From Coleofasciculus sp. B1-GNL1-01 (GTDB taxonomy: Bacteria; Cyanobacteriota; Cyanobacteriia; Cyanobacteriales; Coleofasciculaceae), in NCBI GenBank assembly GCA_040220235.1, contig JAVJTO010000168.1: DNA of 64,000 nt. One strand, written 5' to 3'. Shown here one piece after another: positions 50,149-59,865 of the stretch. The notes under the pieces are model-generated. The model worked only from the letters and a program-made list of their open reading frames with translations. It was not told where the DNA came from and searched no databases. Position 1 is the stretch's first letter. Every line of letters starts with the position of its first letter. Both the position numbers and the translations under genes were made by a program.

Positions 50149-50859
50149 TCACAAACGCCGTAGCAAGTTTGAACCATGGGTATCTGTACCACAAGTATTG
50201 AACAAATTATAGGTGGCACTTAACTGTTTCACTTGCTGAGTTTGCCTAGGGCTGGGATGCCAAGGATTCGGGTTAGCGTAAGCGTAATAGGTTTCTACAC
50301 CATCAATTCCCAAGCTAGCAGCAGCGGGAATCAATTCTTGGGCTGAACGCCGCCGATAACGGCACGGATGAGCCAGCACTGCTAATCCACCCGCCTGATG
50401 CAAAACATCGATGACAGTTGCGGCTTCAGCCTGCTGATGTTTGGGGGCTTTGCCTTGGAGATAAGACTTTAACCTGAAATGATTGGGATCAAATGCATAG
50501 CCCAAGATATGAACATCCGTATTCAATAAGCGAGCGTTGATTTCTACGCCAGTCCAGAGGTGAGGAATTGCCTGAGTGGGTAAAGCGTCTTGGAGGGAAT
50601 CTAGACAGGTTTTAGCGATTTGATAGCCCTCGATTGTGTGATGATCGGTGATAGCAAACCCTTTCAGACCAATGGAAACAGCTTGTTCAATTAACGTTTG
50701 GGGATGAAGCTGACCATCAGACGCCTTGGTATGACAATGGAAATTGTAGGAACGAGGACAACTATCGGGACCCAAGGTTTGCCAGACCTGCCGGAGAGCG
50801 TGTTGATCTTGTTCTGCTATTGGGGATGATACTAAAACTGGAGCCATTTTAACCACCAT
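50149..50859 (-). CDS. PHP domain protein
   Basis: FHCHTKASDG, AITDHH, GVEI, HILGY, LAHP, GTDTH. Confidence 0.9.
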   Translation of the reverse strand: MVVKMAPVLVSSPIAEQDQHALRQVWQTLGPDSCPRSYNFHCHTKASDGQLHPQTLIEQAVSIGLKGFAITDHHTIEGYQIAKTCLDSLQDALPTQAIPHLWTGVEINARLLNTDVHILGYAFDPNHFRLKSYLQGKAPKHQQAEAATVIDVLHQAGGLAVLAHPCRYRRRSAQELIPAAASLGIDGVETYYAYANPNPWHPSPRQTQQVKQLSATYNLFNTCGTDTHGSNLLRRL

Positions 50860-51256
50860 ATTTGCTGATATTATTAATAGATGAGTCTAATGAATGAGAG
50901 GCTCTCCTCAACTGCTCAAGCTAGTGAGCTTGCCCAGATATATGTCCTAATCATTTCAAATTGTTAACACTAGCTTAGCAAAACTTAGTAGTCATCGTCT
51001 GTAAAAACCCTGTAAAGCGGTCTCATTTACCATTGGTACTTTCTCGCGTTAGCATAACGTTCGCTAATCTTCCCGCTTTTCCCAGAGGTAGCCCGCTACG
51101 AACCGTCTGCCATCTGCCTGTACTAGGAGAATCCCCCATCTAAACCGGAGGAGTTAGAGGGGGATAACGGACGGTTGGACTTGAACCGTTTAAATAACAG
51201 GCTAAGAGAATCAAGTTTTTGCGTTCGACCTCCTCCACATTCAACTGTTGCACTCC

Positions 51257-52513
51257 TTACTTGGCTAGAGTTCCATCAGAATTGCGCGTTTTCCATGCAT
51301 ATTCTAGTAACTTTGTCCAGCGCTTTTGTAATTGTTTGGGTGTACACTTGAGGGCTTTAGCAATTTCAGCATCGCTCTTGTGGGCTTGTTTAAGAGACAG
51401 GAGTTGCTGTTGTTGCTGATCAAGTGTAGCCAAAAAGGTGTCCCATTGGTCAGAGGTCATGCCTAATTTTTGGTCTAAATCGGCTCCTAGCCATTGGTGT
51501 ACCAGTTTCCAGTGGGATGACCGGGCGAATTTTTCGACATGGTACTTAAAGCGCTGTTGCAGGTAGTCCCGTTGGCGGGGGGTTAGCCCTAAAATCTCAT
51601 CGATTTCCGGTGCGGCGAGGTCTTGTAACTTTAAGACCAAGTAATCCGCGCAGTCAGAGTGACCTTGTTGCTCAAGATAATTAATCAGTTCACCAACCAC
51701 GCGATCGCGCAATACTGATTCACTGGGATCAGTGGTTTGAGCGACTAGGTGCGCCCGTACTTGTTGCATCGCCGGGGAGCGGCTTAACTCTTGGGCTTCT
51801 TCACCCTTGGCATATTCTACCGCTTGCTCAATATCCAGAGCGGTTTCATTGGGTTGGCGTCTGGCAAAGCTTTGCGCTCTTAGGACGATAAGCTGTTGAC
51901 TACAACGGTTCGGTAAGGTGATGCGCCGCTTGGCATACTGTTCCGTAAATGCCATATACTCTGCCAGTTCGATTTGAGTGCGAGGTGTGTAGTCTACATC
52001 CACCTCATTTTCCCGACGAAATGCTTTTAAGGACTCAGCATAAAAGTCTTGTAAAAAGTCCTCAATCAGATTATAACGAGCCGAGAATTTTAACTGGGAT
52101 TGAGGTTGGGCAACATGGCGATAAACCATGGCACTTAATGTGCTGTGTAAATCAACCCGCCCTTGTTTAGACCCCAATTTATAGTAGCCTAAACACTTAT
52201 GTAAGCGGTGACGGATTAACGTAATTTGCCAGGAACGAACTTGACCCGAAGTTTGAATGCGATCGCTCTTGCGGCAAATTCGTTGTACCTCCTGCACCAT
52301 GCGTTTTGCCACAACTTGAGCGCGACTGGGTAGGCGTTTGGGCTGAGAAGTCAAACCACCGTTGGTTTCTAAAGCTTTGGAACCATAGAGTGCCGACCGC
52401 ATTTCCTCTAGCAACAGATCAATTAAACTTTGAGTGTCTGTGCCGAAAACTTCCGGATTCTCTAGGTGGTTTGGGGAAGGTTGAGTGATAGATTTGACAG
52501 TTTTAACGTTCAT
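51257..52513 (-). CDS. HetZ-related DNA-binding protein
   Basis: EVQRICRKS, YYKLGSKQGRV, LAEYMAFTEQYAKRRI, EIDEILGLTPRQRDYLQQR and C-terminal HTH. Confidence 0.8.
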   Translation of the reverse strand: MNVKTVKSITQPSPNHLENPEVFGTDTQSLIDLLLEEMRSALYGSKALETNGGLTSQPKRLPSRAQVVAKRMVQEVQRICRKSDRIQTSGQVRSWQITLIRHRLHKCLGYYKLGSKQGRVDLHSTLSAMVYRHVAQPQSQLKFSARYNLIEDFLQDFYAESLKAFRRENEVDVDYTPRTQIELAEYMAFTEQYAKRRITLPNRCSQQLIVLRAQSFARRQPNETALDIEQAVEYAKGEEAQELSRSPAMQQVRAHLVAQTTDPSESVLRDRVVGELINYLEQQGHSDCADYLVLKLQDLAAPEIDEILGLTPRQRDYLQQRFKYHVEKFARSSHWKLVHQWLGADLDQKLGMTSDQWDTFLATLDQQQQQLLSLKQAHKSDAEIAKALKCTPKQLQKRWTKLLEYAWKTRNSDGTLAK

Positions 52514-52931
52514 GGTATTGCCCCTAAAGACTACAGTTACGAATTACCAAGACATCAGCAGAGGAACGAGTGGTTATTCGGAATAAATGCTCTGTTGCTG
52601 TCCACAATTTGAATGTAAAACGTTATGCCTAGTCTTTGGTTGAGTGGTGTGTCACTAAACGAGAGATCACGAGTACACGGCAGACACCCTCGCCTATTTA
52701 GGGACTATGCTTATGGCTGCTAACCCTTGCTACACCTGCATTTAGGCAATTGGCAAGGGGTTAGTATTTCCACGGCTTTAATATTGAGTGAGAGTAGACA
52801 ATTCACAAACTGGGTTTATTTCTGGACATTCATCCGAAATCCCCCGCCTGTCTCCTGTAGTCCGAATGCTGATTAGCGAAAGCCGAACTGGATTGGGTTT
52901 GACTCTAACGGGTTACACCGATGGGTCAACC

Positions 52932-53597
52932 CTATTCCCAACTCTGGTCAGCGGGTACAGCCCACGTCATGGCGGCTTCTGCTCCCAAACCTTTCCGCAG
53001 GATTGTTGGTTCATCCCCGGTCATATCCAGAATGGTGGATACCTGGAAACCGGGTTTCGAGCCATCATCGACAATAATGTCCACTAAACCCTCAAACTGA
53101 TCAAAGAGTCTGGCGGTTTCCAGTCCCACGGTGGGGAAGTTTCCCATCTCATCAGGTAAATGAGCCGACGTGGAAATTACAGGATTACCTAGCGCTTCGA
53201 GTATGGCTTGACAAACCGGATGATCCGGAACTCGGATACCACTGGTTTTACGCTTAGGACTCATCACTAATCGAGGTACTAACTTAGTTGCGGGTAACAA
53301 AAAGGTATAGGGTCCAGGAATCAGACGCTTCATAATCCGATAAGCTGGGTCACTGACCCAAGCATATTGAGAGATGTTGGATAACGAGGAACACAAAAAC
53401 GTTAAGGGCTTCTCATTCGAGAGTTGCTTTAAACGCCTGACCCGTTCCACAGCCGATTTGACATTCAAGTCGCAACCAATGGCATAAACGGTATCTGTGG
53501 GATATAACATCACCGCACCGTCTTGCAGGTTGTCCCTTATTTTCTCTATTCGGCGTATTTGAGGCGTGTCCGGATGGATGGTGTAAATCGTTGCCAT
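52932..53597 (-). CDS. Sua5/YciO/YrdC family (L-threonylcarbamoyladenylate synthase-like) protein
   Basis: YPTDTVYAIGC, PGPYTFLL, GIRVP, STSA, STILD. Confidence 0.9.
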   Translation of the reverse strand: MATIYTIHPDTPQIRRIEKIRDNLQDGAVMLYPTDTVYAIGCDLNVKSAVERVRRLKQLSNEKPLTFLCSSLSNISQYAWVSDPAYRIMKRLIPGPYTFLLPATKLVPRLVMSPKRKTSGIRVPDHPVCQAILEALGNPVISTSAHLPDEMGNFPTVGLETARLFDQFEGLVDIIVDDGSKPGFQVSTILDMTGDEPTILRKGLGAEAAMTWAVPADQSWE

Positions 53598-53710
53598 AAA
53601 TCGTTCTAAATGATTGCAATGGTTAGATGATCTTATAAAAACCTAAACCCTACGACCTTAAGTGGGTACAATATGGAGTCGGCATTTGAAAACGCAGGTG
53701 CAGTTAGCCA

Positions 53711-54448
53711 GTGAAGCTATTTATTTACCACACCCCCGAACTTACCCCAACTGATACGACGCCAGACTGTGCGATCGCGGTTGATGTGCTACGAGCGACA
53801 ACCACTATTGCTACAGCTTTGCACGCAGGTGCTGAAGCGGTGCAAGCCTTCAGCGATATTAATCAGTTAATGCAAGTGAGTGAACAATGGCTCCCAGAAA
53901 AACGCCTTCGCGCCGGAGAACGGGGCGGATCAAAAGTCGCGGGTTGTGATTTAGGCAATTCTCCCCTCGACTGCACGCCAGAGCGGGTTCAGGGACGCCG
54001 TTTGTTTATTACGACCACGAATGGCACTCGCGCCTTACAACGGGTGCAGAACGCTCCTGTGGTGCTAGCCGCCGCTATGGTGAATCGTCAGACGGTTGTC
54101 AAATATTTGCTGGAGCAAAAGCCGGAAACCGTTTGGTTAGTCGGTTCTGGCTGGGAAGGGTCTTATTCCCTTGAAGATACCGTCTGTGCTGGTGCGATCG
54201 CCGATAGCCTGATTTCTCAAACCGATCACTCCCTTAGTGATATCGCGGGTAATGATGAAGTGATTGGCGCTCTTGCCCTTTATACTCAGTGGAAAGACAA
54301 GATGTTAGAAATGTTTCACCATGCCAGTCATGGTCAACGCCTACTGCGGTTAAATGGTCATGAGGATTTAAAGTATTGCGCTCAAGCGGATAGTTTAGAT
54401 GTTTTACCGATTCAGAAAGAACCTGGAGTTTTAGTTAGAAAATTCTGA
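53711..54448 (+). CDS. comB: 2-phosphosulfolactate phosphatase family protein
   Basis: [33 protein letters not shown]. Confidence 0.92.
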   Translation: MKLFIYHTPELTPTDTTPDCAIAVDVLRATTTIATALHAGAEAVQAFSDINQLMQVSEQWLPEKRLRAGERGGSKVAGCDLGNSPLDCTPERVQGRRLFITTTNGTRALQRVQNAPVVLAAAMVNRQTVVKYLLEQKPETVWLVGSGWEGSYSLEDTVCAGAIADSLISQTDHSLSDIAGNDEVIGALALYTQWKDKMLEMFHHASHGQRLLRLNGHEDLKYCAQADSLDVLPIQKEPGVLVRKF

Positions 54449-54477
54449 GTGTTAGAAACCAGCCAAAGGGCAGAGGG

Positions 54478-54605
54478 TAAGCTGTTCGGCATTTCAACCT
54501 TAATGTTAATAATGGTGAAATCCTTGTAGTGCGTTTAGCGAAGCCATGCCGCAGGCTTTGCATCTTGCTCGCTACTAATCGCCAATTTAAATGCATAACA
54601 GCTTA
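54478..54605. mobile_element. 128-bp MITE (copy 2)
   Basis: Near-identical to 1716-1843. Confidence 0.8.
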
Positions 54606-54777
54606 GATAGGGAAGTTAATCAAAACGTCAACACTCGGTCAGGGCGGGTTTATTCGCATCAGGGTCAATTCAGCAACAATAATCATGAAACCCGCCCCTA
54701 CACATTCAATACTTCCCCATCTTCCCCATCTGACACACCGAGCGAAGTCGAGGTGTTCCCTCATCTCCCCCATCTTC

Positions 54778-55602
54778 CTACTGAATCGCACTAGCAATCA
54801 ACCGCTCCCACGCCCAATCTGGTAACAACCAATGGAGAAAAATATAGAGTTTGGCATCCATCGGTGTAGCATACCGCCGCTTGGGATGGCGACTATTCAC
54901 CGCCTTGGACACCGCTTTAGCAACCACATTAGGACTTGAGGCATTCTGGTAATCTTCTAACACCTTTGCCATGGGTTCAACCGTTGACTGGTACGCTGAT
55001 CCCTGGGAATTCTCCCGTAACGTCTGAGCCGCAATACTTGACCATTCACTTTCAATCGCCCCCGGTTGCACCACCACCACGCGGATACCAAAGGGTTCGG
55101 TTTCCATCCGTAAGGCATCGGATAATACCTCAACCGCGTGTTTCGTGGCATGATACCAACCACCAATAGGCATCCAAATTCGTCCTCCCATGGAACTGAT
55201 ATTCACGATGGTGCCAGATTTTGCCGTCCGCATCGATGGTAGAACCAGTTGCGTCAGCCGCATTAAGCCAAACACATTCACATCAAACTGTCGCTTTGCT
55301 TCTTGGAGTGGCACATCTTCCAGCGCCCCGTAGGAACCATACCCCGCATTATTCACTAATGCATCAATCTGCCCTTCAGCCGTAAGTAGGGTTTGCACTG
55401 CCGTTGTCATACTGGCATCATCGGTCACATCAAGGGGCAGAACTTTGGCTCCCATTGCTTCAATATCCGCCATTTTTTCCACTCGCCGCGCCGCACCATA
55501 GACGATCCAACCCTCTTTTAGAAGTTGCTGCACGATCGCTTTACCGATCCCAGACGAAGCGCCTGTTACCATCGCAACCTTTTTCTTTGAACCGCTAGAC
55601 AT
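54778..55602 (-). CDS. Short-chain dehydrogenase/reductase
   Basis: TGASSGIG, NNAG, YHATK. Confidence 0.93.
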   Translation of the reverse strand: MSSGSKKKVAMVTGASSGIGKAIVQQLLKEGWIVYGAARRVEKMADIEAMGAKVLPLDVTDDASMTTAVQTLLTAEGQIDALVNNAGYGSYGALEDVPLQEAKRQFDVNVFGLMRLTQLVLPSMRTAKSGTIVNISSMGGRIWMPIGGWYHATKHAVEVLSDALRMETEPFGIRVVVVQPGAIESEWSSIAAQTLRENSQGSAYQSTVEPMAKVLEDYQNASSPNVVAKAVSKAVNSRHPKRRYATPMDAKLYIFLHWLLPDWAWERLIASAIQ

Positions 55603-55698
55603 AGGAGACTCCTATTGTAGGAACGACAAAAGGACGTAGCTTGCTTCTCAAGGGCAGCGAGTATGACAAAGGACAAATGACATAAGACCAATGACCCC

Positions 55699-56703
55699 TT
55701 AAAACTGTTGCAAAAAGCGCAAATCACTGGTATATAAACGGCGAATATCATCAATTTGGTGCATAACTAGAGCAAAACGTTCCGCGCCAAACCCCGCCGC
55801 AAACCCGGTATAAACTTCTGGATCATAACCAACGGTTTTCAGCACATTGGGATCAACCATTCCACAGCCGCCCATCTCTAACCATTTCCCTCTCCACTTG
55901 ACATCAACTTCCGCCGAGGGTTCGGTGAATGGGAAATAACTGGCGCGTAAGCGAACATCGACATCTTCACCAAATAATTCTTGGAAAAAGACTTTTAATG
56001 TCCCTTTGAGATCTCCAAATGTGATGTCCTCATCAACGGCTAAAATCTCAATTTGATGGAAAACAGCCGAATGTGTCGCATCAACAGTATCCCGGCGATA
56101 AACCCGCCCTGGGGCAATAATTCGGATCGGGGGTTCGTTATTTTCCATGTAGCGAATCTGCACCGAAGAGGTATGGGTTCGCAGCAGGTTTCCATCGGGG
56201 AGATAGAAGGTATCCTGCATATCCCGCGCCGGATGGTCTTGGGGGGTATTTAATGCCTCAAAATTATAATAATCAGTCTCCATTTCGGGTCCCGTGGCGA
56301 CGGTGTACCCTAGACCGACAAAAATATCCAGCACTTGGTCGATAATGCTATTGAGGGGATGAATTCGACCTTGAGGGTTATATACCCCTGGCATGGTCAC
56401 ATCAAGGGTTTCGGCGGCTAGTTGTGCCTGAATTTGGGCGGCTTGTAACTCTTGGCGCTTGTTGTCTAGGGATTGTTGCAGGGCTTCTTTGACTTCATTA
56501 GCCAGCGCCCCAATTCGTGGTCTATCTTCGGCGGATAGCTTCCCCATCCCGCGCAAGATTTGGGATAACTGTCCTTTTTTCCCCAAGTAGTTGACGCGCA
56601 ATTGTTCCAATTGATCCAGCGTATCGGTTTTGGCGATCGCAGGAGTGGCTTCTTGTTTGAGGGCGACTAATTGGGTTTCTAGCTCGTTGAGCGAAGTAGT
56701 CAT
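55699..56703 (-). CDS. pheS: Phenylalanine--tRNA ligase alpha subunit
   Basis: [34 protein letters not shown]. Confidence 0.98.
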   Translation of the reverse strand: MTTSLNELETQLVALKQEATPAIAKTDTLDQLEQLRVNYLGKKGQLSQILRGMGKLSAEDRPRIGALANEVKEALQQSLDNKRQELQAAQIQAQLAAETLDVTMPGVYNPQGRIHPLNSIIDQVLDIFVGLGYTVATGPEMETDYYNFEALNTPQDHPARDMQDTFYLPDGNLLRTHTSSVQIRYMENNEPPIRIIAPGRVYRRDTVDATHSAVFHQIEILAVDEDITFGDLKGTLKVFFQELFGEDVDVRLRASYFPFTEPSAEVDVKWRGKWLEMGGCGMVDPNVLKTVGYDPEVYTGFAAGFGAERFALVMHQIDDIRRLYTSDLRFLQQF

Positions 56704-56772
56704 GAATTCAGTCGTGATCAGGTTTGAGCGGTGCTTTGCTAGCAAAGGCTTTTCTTAGTTTACCGTTATCGG

Positions 56773-57009
56773 CTAACGGCGAGGGGGAAAGAAGACCTTA
56801 TTATATTCCGCTAACGCCAGAATTAGGAGTGCGATCGCTAATATAACGGCTGTGGTGATCCCGCCGTACTGGACTAGGGTTGTGGGGTTGATTTGGGTTA
56901 GGGGTGTGGGTGTGAGGGTTTCGATGGTGTTGGTTTGGGGTTCTAGATTCGGTTGGGTTGGCGGGTTGGTGTTGATCATGGTGTTTATCTCGGTTATCGA
57001 TATAACCAT
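56773..57009 (-). CDS. Small single-TM protein with Thr/Pro-rich N-terminus
   Basis: GGITTAVILAIALLILAL hydrophobic helix followed by a basic tail. Confidence 0.55.
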   Translation of the reverse strand: MVISITEINTMINTNPPTQPNLEPQTNTIETLTPTPLTQINPTTLVQYGGITTAVILAIALLILALAEYNKVFFPPRR

Positions 57010-57150
57010 GATGGCTTGGGTAACAGGTATTTTAGGTAGGCAGAAGTAGGGGACTTGGTAATGTTAGGGTTTGTAGGGAGATGTAGGATAATGTTTGTTA
57101 TTCGTCATTTGTCCTTTGTCATTTGTCATTTGTCATTCGCCATTTAACCA

Positions 57151-57271
57151 CCTGTAGGGGCGACCCGCTTGCATTAATTAACAATACTAATCCATTCAAT
57201 TAACTTGGGTCGCCCTCTTATAAGTTTGTCCTCAATGTTGAAGCGTTGATGGCGCTAAAGCGCAACTACAA
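57151..57271 (+). repeat. 121-bp direct repeat, left copy
   Basis: Near-identical to 58161-58281; followed by AAGCGCAACTAC tandem copies. Confidence 0.9.
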
Positions 57272-57357
57272 GCGCAACTACAAGCGCAATTACAAGCGCA
57301 GCTACGAACGAAACTGTCTTTTGGGAGTTATGATTGAAGTGAAATAGGGCAAGTTTT

Positions 57358-57735
57358 ATGACAACTAACTTTATGTTTACTCCGATAGAGAATTTGTCTC
57401 AGTTAACCTACTCTGTACTTATTGAACAAGAACGGGGTAGCTATAAAGCAATGGTATGGGGTTTACCTGATTGTCAGACAACGGGGAAAACTCGCGAAGC
57501 GGCATTAGTGAGTTTACGTCAATTGTTAGAGGCACGTTTGGAGAACGCTGAACTTGTTTCTCTAGATATTGAACGTCCTCAATCTGACAATCCTTGGCTG
57601 AAATTGGCGGGTAAATATAAGGATGATTCTCAATTTGATCAGATGTTGGATTATATCCAAGCTTATCGTCGTGAACTCGATCAGGAAATGGAGGATTATT
57701 ATCGGCAACTAGATGCCGAGGATGAAGTCAAGTGA
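57358..57735 (+). CDS. HicB-like antitoxin
   Basis: YSVLIE..YKAMVWGLPDC.TTGKTREAAL; NPWLKLAG; acidic tail; 4-bp overlap with the PIN gene. Confidence 0.75.
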   Translation: MTTNFMFTPIENLSQLTYSVLIEQERGSYKAMVWGLPDCQTTGKTREAALVSLRQLLEARLENAELVSLDIERPQSDNPWLKLAGKYKDDSQFDQMLDYIQAYRRELDQEMEDYYRQLDAEDEVK

Positions 57736-58157
57736 GTCTGTGGATACTTGATACCGATTGCCTTTCGCTGCTGCAACGGGGTCATCCAATTATCAGTCAG
57801 CGTGTTACCGCCGTTAATCCTAGAGAAATTGCGACAACTATTATTACTGTGGAAGAACAATTGCGGGGACGGCTGGATAGTATTAGACGGGTGAGTTCTA
57901 ATGATGCTCGGATATTGGCTTACAGAAGATTTCGGGATACATTAGAAGATTTTAGGACTATCAATGTACTGGATTTCGATCCAGAGGCTAACAGTTGTTA
58001 TACAGAATTGATTCGTCAAAGGATTCGGATTGGTACGCAAGATTTACGAGTTGCTTCGATTGTGATGTCCAGAAATGCTATATTGGTTACACGTAATCGG
58101 CGCGATTTTACAAAGGTTCCAGGGTTGGTGTTTGAAGATTGGACGGTTCAACCCTGA
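57732..58157 (+). CDS. vapC: VapC/PIN-domain toxin
   Basis: ILDTD, TVEE, TQDLRVAS, LVTRNRRDF, EDW. Confidence 0.92.
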   Translation: MSLWILDTDCLSLLQRGHPIISQRVTAVNPREIATTIITVEEQLRGRLDSIRRVSSNDARILAYRRFRDTLEDFRTINVLDFDPEANSCYTELIRQRIRIGTQDLRVASIVMSRNAILVTRNRRDFTKVPGLVFEDWTVQP

Positions 58158-58160
58158 TTT

Positions 58161-58281
58161 CCTGTAGGGGCGACCCGCTTGCACTAATTAACAATACTAA
58201 TCCATTCAATTGACTTGGGTCGCCCTTTTATCAGTTTGTTCTCAATATTGAAGCGTTGATGGCGCTAAAGCGCAACTACAA
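58161..58281 (+). repeat. 121-bp direct repeat, right copy
   Basis: Offset exactly 1010 bp from the left copy. Confidence 0.9.
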
Positions 58282-58338
58282 ACTGGCAGAATGGGGATAG
58301 GTTCGATACAATTGGCAAATGAATCTTAATGCTTACTA

Positions 58339-59403
58339 ATGGATTCAACAGAGGCGCTGGAATTCATCAACAGGCGGCTGTGGGAGAACTCTCAGCCTGT
58401 TTTGACTGAAGCGGAAGAGGCGATTGTGATTGGGATTTGGCAGGATTACAGTTATCAACAGATTGCCGCCCAAAACTCTTTTGTTTATCAATACACTAGA
58501 GAATTAGGCGCAAATTTATGCAAAAGACTGAAAGAGTATTTTAATAATGAAATTAATAAACGAAATTTTAAAAGGCAAATTGAATATCTTTATGGTGTAG
58601 AGGTTGAAACTAAACCGCCAAAATCTGAGATGTCAGCGCCCCCTGAACTCTTACAACAAACCTCAACTTCTGTAGATTTTGACAATCTAACGATTAATCC
58701 CTTTACCCCTCAACAAGGCAGAATCGATAATCCGCAAGACTTCTTTAACCGAGAACGGGAAATCCGGCAGATATTTGAGGTGATTAATAGTGGTAGCAGT
58801 GTTGTCTTAATCGGAGCCGAGGGTGTCGGTAAATCTTCTTTGCTTTCCCAGATTGTCCGACTGGCGGATACTCATCTCCATTCGCCGCGTCAGCCTATCT
58901 TTCTCGACTTAAATACAGTTGTAGATGAAGATGATTTCTATGGTGCATTATGTGATGAGATTGGTATCCCGGAAACTAAGGGAGCCAGGTTAAGTCGCTA
59001 TTTGAAATCGCGTCAAGTTCTGCTGGTTTTAGATAATGTGGGAAAAATGACGTGGGATGGCTTTAATCGCGGTGTGCGGGATTATCTACGAGGTTTGGCT
59101 GAGGGGAGTCAAGCACCACTGAAGCTGGTTTTGGCGGCGAATGAATCTTTAGATGAACTGTTTAATGATAGTTGGGATAATGGCAAAACGTCTCCTCTGG
59201 CAGGAGTTTGTCAAGAAGAAATCATAAAACCCTGGAATGAACCAACCGCCCGTGATTTTATTGAGGCACGTTTGGCGATGACTTCGGTAAGGTTTACTGA
59301 CGCTGAAATTAATCAGTTAGTTGAGGAAAGTGGCGGTCATCCACGGCAATTAATGCAGTTATGTTATCGAATGTATTCTCGGTATTTGGAGGGTGAGTCA
59401 TGA
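58339..59403 (+). CDS. N-terminal HTH + AAA/STAND-like ATPase
   Basis: LTEAEEAIVIGIWQDYSYQQIA HTH; NPF...FFNREREI; GAEGVGKS Walker A; LVLDNV Walker B; SGGHP. Confidence 0.8.
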   Translation: MDSTEALEFINRRLWENSQPVLTEAEEAIVIGIWQDYSYQQIAAQNSFVYQYTRELGANLCKRLKEYFNNEINKRNFKRQIEYLYGVEVETKPPKSEMSAPPELLQQTSTSVDFDNLTINPFTPQQGRIDNPQDFFNREREIRQIFEVINSGSSVVLIGAEGVGKSSLLSQIVRLADTHLHSPRQPIFLDLNTVVDEDDFYGALCDEIGIPETKGARLSRYLKSRQVLLVLDNVGKMTWDGFNRGVRDYLRGLAEGSQAPLKLVLAANESLDELFNDSWDNGKTSPLAGVCQEEIIKPWNEPTARDFIEARLAMTSVRFTDAEINQLVEESGGHPRQLMQLCYRMYSRYLEGES

Positions 59404-59559
59404 GTTTATATTTTGCCGGATTTATCTCTATGGTTGAAAACCAGATATTAAACACTATTATTCGTCAATTTAGGGGGGAGAGTGACCTCTCCCTAGCCCT
59501 CTCCTACAAGGAGAGGGAACCGGAATATATTTGTTATTTAATGCAGCTTTCCGACTCCC

Positions 59560-59790
59560 CCTTCCGTGCAAAAAAAGCGAAGCATCCTCTGGCTTCCCCC
59601 ATGGAACAAAAAGCGAAGCATCCTTTGGTCTCCCCCGTGCAAAAAAAGCGAAGCATCCTTTGGCTTCCCCCTTTTGAAGGGGGACGGGAGGGGGATCTGA
59701 AGGGGGACGGAAGGGGGATCAAAAAGGGGGACGGAAGGGGGATCAAAAAGGGGGACGGGAGGGGGATTAAAAAGGGGGCTGGGGGGTTAG
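59560..59790 (+). repeat. Compound tandem repeats (~36-nt AAAAGCGAAGCATCCT unit x3; 24-nt AAGGGGGACGGAAGGGGGATC unit x4)
   Basis: Direct reading; the same family forms the core of the MITE at 10893-11474 and recurs at ~62800. Confidence 0.85.
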
Positions 59791-59865
59791 GTTTTTCAAC
59801 TTTACCCACACAATCATTTAATTCCCAGGTGGGATTAAGTTTCTGACAATAGCACCAGAATTCCC

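Noticed and set aside
59400..59846. 148-aa ORF and possible CRISPR-like repeats
   Set aside because: Most of the ORF is translation of tandem MITE-core repeats; there are no spacers; the opposite-strand ORF 59534-60034 is likewise spurious
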